Of a stretch of DNA of 53,810 nt, positions 50,250-53,810 are shown piece after piece; within the stretch, counting starts at the first letter, position 1; each line of letters begins with the position of its first letter. Origin of the DNA: Chiloscyllium plagiosum (Eukaryota); contig NC_057718.1 in NCBI RefSeq assembly GCF_004010195.1, positions 97,467,644 to 97,521,453 on the forward strand, in the 5' to 3' direction. A program made the position numbers and the translations under genes. The notes beneath the pieces are model-generated. The model was not told the DNA's origin, searched no databases, and saw only the letters and a program-made list of their open reading frames with translations.

Positions 50250-50699
50250 TGAGACACCTAACTACCCAGTCTCTACAACCCACTGTGCTTGCTCTGTGTT
50301 CTGTGATATGTTCTACCCGAAGCACATTTCTGTGTTACTCTGTGTAAAATTTCCAAAGAAAGTTATAGCCACATCATGGGGTCGGCTATAGGGGGGGTCA
50401 CTGTCTAAAAGTAAGGGATTCTCCATTTAAGATGAGGCCATTTCTTTCTTTCAGACGGTCATGAGTCTTTGGAACACGGCAGTGGAAGCAAAATCTTTGA
50501 ATATTTTAAGGCAGAAGTCAGCAAATTATTGATGAGTAAGGCCAAGCTGAGATTGCTGACCTGAGCACAGAGCTGGGGATTGAAACTTGGACTCGCTGTG
50601 CAGCATGCTTTCTGAACCCATCCATCCAGGCCCTGATCCTACTCTGTTCCCAGACACAGATCAAGGGCAAGAGGAGTTCTCACATTCACATTTCTGGTC

Positions 50700-51392
50700 A
50701 GGGAATATTATTTAAATGGCGAAGGACTGCAGAGGCTTTTGCACAGAGGGGTTCGGAGGTCCCAGCACACGAATCGCAAAAAGCTAGTGTATCTGAGGTC
50801 ATTGGGTAACAGGGAAGGCAAATGGAAACTTGGCCTGTATTTCAAAGGATTACAAAAATGGAAAGATCTTGGAATAATGAGGACAGTTTATATAAGGAAA
50901 GATGTGCAAACATTGGAGGCAGTCCATAGAAAGTTCAATCGGGTTCATTCGGTGTATGTAGGAATTTTCTGATGAGGAGAGTTGGGCCTGTACTCAGTGG
51001 AGTTTAGGAGAATGAGAGACAGCCTTACTAAAACATGTAAGATTCTTAGGGGCCTTGAGAGAATAGATGCCGAAAGGTTATTTCCCCTTGTGGGAGCATC
51101 TAGGACCAGAGGGCATCCTCTCTGAATAAGGCATCACACATTTCAGGCAGAGATGAGAAGGGGGTTTTCCCTCAGAGGTTAATGAGTCTGTGGGATTCTT
51201 TACCACAGTGGGTTGTGGAGGCTGGGCAGTTTAGTATATTCAAGGCTGAGAGAGACAGACTTTTAATCAGTCGGGGCATCATGGGTTACAGGGAAAAGGC
51301 AGGAGGGTGGAGCTGATGATTATTATATCAGCCATAATCTCTGAGAATGACAGAGTCGACTTGATGGGCTGAATGGCCCACATCTGTTCCTA
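50700..51392 (+). mobile_element. CR1 LINE fragment (degenerate)
   Basis: RKDVQTLEAVHRKF, ggaccagagggcat and the CR1 3' UTR. Confidence 0.75.
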
Positions 51393-51595
51393 CCTCAGAA
51401 TATTTGCCTGAGATTCATAACCTCCCTTGAGAATTGCCTCAAACTGTGCTTTTGCGCACTTTAGATGCCAGGTTTACAATGGTGTCTTCAGCTATCAACT
51501 TTTGTGAAACTGTCAATCATGTCGAAACTATTGATCAGATTTTTCCAGTTTGGATCGACCTGCTCTGGGATTTGTAGCCCTCACAGTTTACGGTA

Positions 51596-52932
51596 GTTAT
51601 AAACAGGAGTGACACGGCTGAAGAGGAAGTTGTAAACAGGAATGACACGGCTAAAGTGGAACTTGTAAACAGGAGTGACACGGCTAAAGAGGAAGTTGTA
51701 AACAAGAGTGACACGGCTAAAGTGGAAGTTGTAAACAGGAGTGACACGGCTGAAGAGGAAGTTGTAAACAGGAGTGACACGGCTAAAGTGGAAGTTGTAA
51801 ACAGGAGTGACGTAGCTGAAGAGGAAGTTATAAACAGGAGTGACACGGCTAAAGACGAAGTTGTAAACAGGAGTGACACGACTAAAGACGAAGTTATAAA
51901 CAGGAGTGACACGGCTAAAGACGAAGTTGTAAACAGGAGTGACACGGCTAAAGTGGAAGTTGTAAATAGGAGTGACGTGGCTAAAGAGGAAGTTGTAAAC
52001 AGGAGTGACACAGCTAAAGAGGAAGTTCTAAACAGGAGTGACACGGCTGAAGAGGAAGTTANNNNNNNNNNNNNNNNNNNNNNNNNNNNNNNNNNNNNNN
52101 NNNNNNNNNNNNNNNNNNNNNNNNNNNNNNNNNNNNNNNNNNNNNNNNNNNNNNNNNNNNNNNNNNNNNNNNNNNNNNNNNNNNNNNNNNNNNNNNNNNN
52201 NNNNNNNNNNNNNNNNNNNNNNNNNNNNNNNNNNNNNNNNNNNNNNNNNNNNNNNNNNNNNNNNNNNNNNNNNNNNNNNNNNNNNNNNNNNNNNNNNNNN
52301 NNNNNNNNNNNNNNNNNNNNNNNNNNNNNNNNNNNNNNNNNNNNNNNNNNNNNNNNNNNNNNNNNNNNNNNNNNNNNNNNNNNNNNNNNNNNNNNNNNNN
52401 NNNNNNNNNNNNNNNNNNNNNNNNNNNNNNNNNNNNNNNNNNNNNNNNNNNNNNNNNNNNNNNNNNNNNNNNNNNNNNNNNNNNNNNNNNNNNNNNNNNN
52501 NNNNNNNNNNNNNNNNNNNNNNNNNNNNNNNNNNNNNNNNNNNNNNNNNNNNNNNNNNNNNCGGCTAAAGTGGAAGTTGTAAACAGGAGTGACGCGGCTA
52601 AAGTGGAAGTTGTAAACAGGAGTTACACGGCTAAAATGGATGTTATAAACAGGAGTGACACGGCTAAAGAGGAAGTTATAAACAGGAGTGACACGGCTGA
52701 AGAGGAAGTTGTAAACAGGAGTGACGTAGCTAAAGAGGAAGTTGTAAACAGGAGTGACACGGCTAAAGTGGATGTTGTAAACAGGAGTGACGTGGCTAAA
52801 GAGGAAGTTGTAAACAGGAGTGACACGGCTAAGGAGGAAGTTCTAAACAGGAGTGACACGACTGAAGAGGAAGTTGTAAACAGGAGTGACGTGGCTAAAG
52901 ACAAAGTTGTAAACATGAGTGACACGGCTAAA
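51596..52932. repeat. 33-bp minisatellite (aaacaggagtgacacggctaaagaggaagttgt) spanning a 500-N gap (52062-52561)
   Basis: Directly visible tandem array on both sides of the gap. Confidence 0.95.
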
Positions 52933-53810
52933 CATAGAACATCGAACAATACAGCACAAAACAGGCCCTTTGGCCCACGATGTTGTGCCGAACATTTGTC
53001 CTAGCTTAAGCACCCATCCATGTACCTATCCAATTGCCGCTTAAAGGTCACCTAAGATTCTGACTCTACCACTCCCACAGGCAGCGCATTCCATGCCCCC
53101 ACCACTCTCTGGGTTAAGTACCCACCCCTGACATCTCCCCTATACCTTCCACCCTTCACCTTAAATTTATGTCCCCTTGTAACACTCTGTTGCACCCGGG
53201 GAAAAAGTTTCTGACTGTCTACTCTATCTATTCCTCTGATCATCTTATAAACCTCTATCAAGTCACCCCTCATCCTTTGCCGTTCCAACGAGAAAAGGCC
53301 TAGCACTCTCAACCTATCCTCCATTCCAGGCAACATCCTGGTAAATCTTCTCTGCACCCTCTCCAAAGCTTCCCCACATCTTTCCTAAAGTGAGGCGACC
53401 AGAACTGCACACAGTACTCCAAATGTGGCCTAACCAAAGTCCTGTACAGTTGCAACATCACTTCACGACTCTTGAATACAATCCCTCTGCCCATGAACGC
53501 TAATACACCATAGGCCTTCTTACAAGCTCTATCCACCTGAGTGGCAACTTTCAAAGATCTATGAACATAGACCCCAAGATCCCTCTGTTCCTCCACCTCA
53601 CTAAGAACCCTACCGTTAACCCTGTATTCCGCATTCTTATTTGTCTTTCCAAAATGGACAACCTCACACTTGGCAGGGTTGAACTCCATCTGCCACTCCT
53701 CAGCCCAGCTCTGCATCATATCTAAGTCACTTTGCAGCCGACAACAGCCCTCCTCACTATCCAAACTCCACCAATCTTCGTATCATCTGAAAATTTACTG
53801 ACCCACCCTT
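52933..53810 (-). mobile_element. CR1 LINE 3' portion, runs off the window
   Basis: ORFs WAEEWQMEFNPAKCEVVHFG...LYRTLVRPHLEYCVQFWSP and ERVQRRFTRMLPG. Confidence 0.93.

Noticed and set aside
51535..53004. Long ORFs (308, 169, 144 aa) as protein-coding genes
   Set aside because: They are translations of a 33-bp tandem repeat and an N gap, inside an intron.
49134..53810. Next PLC-beta exon (start of the catalytic X-box region)
   Set aside because: No matching sequence seen by eye. It presumably lies beyond the window or in the gap.

Overview
Eukaryotic, repeat-rich genomic DNA, almost certainly from a shark. This is inferred from HE1-type V-SINEs, CR1 LINEs and Penelope-like repeats. The window lies inside one + strand gene, a phospholipase C beta that best fits PLCB1. 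Four internal coding exons (1521-1574, 4053-4128, 35599-35699, 48967-49133; 54/76/101/167 nt, all AG/GT-bounded) splice in frame to the EF-hand region; none is correctly represented in the ORF track. The rest is intron, filled with nested retroelements: CR1 and Rex/Babar LINE fragments, tRNA-derived SINEs, a probable solo LTR, a Tigger-like MITE, two minisatellites and two assembly gaps. The most notable signal is about 20 short Penelope-type terminal-repeat insertions from at least four sequence families. They carry a minimal hammerhead ribozyme core (CUGANGA-stem II-GAAA-palindromic stem III) whose stems covary between families. Many are fold-back inverted repeats with 9-18 bp target-site duplications. 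Repeat boundaries are read by eye and approximate, and family names are from recognition, not database searches.
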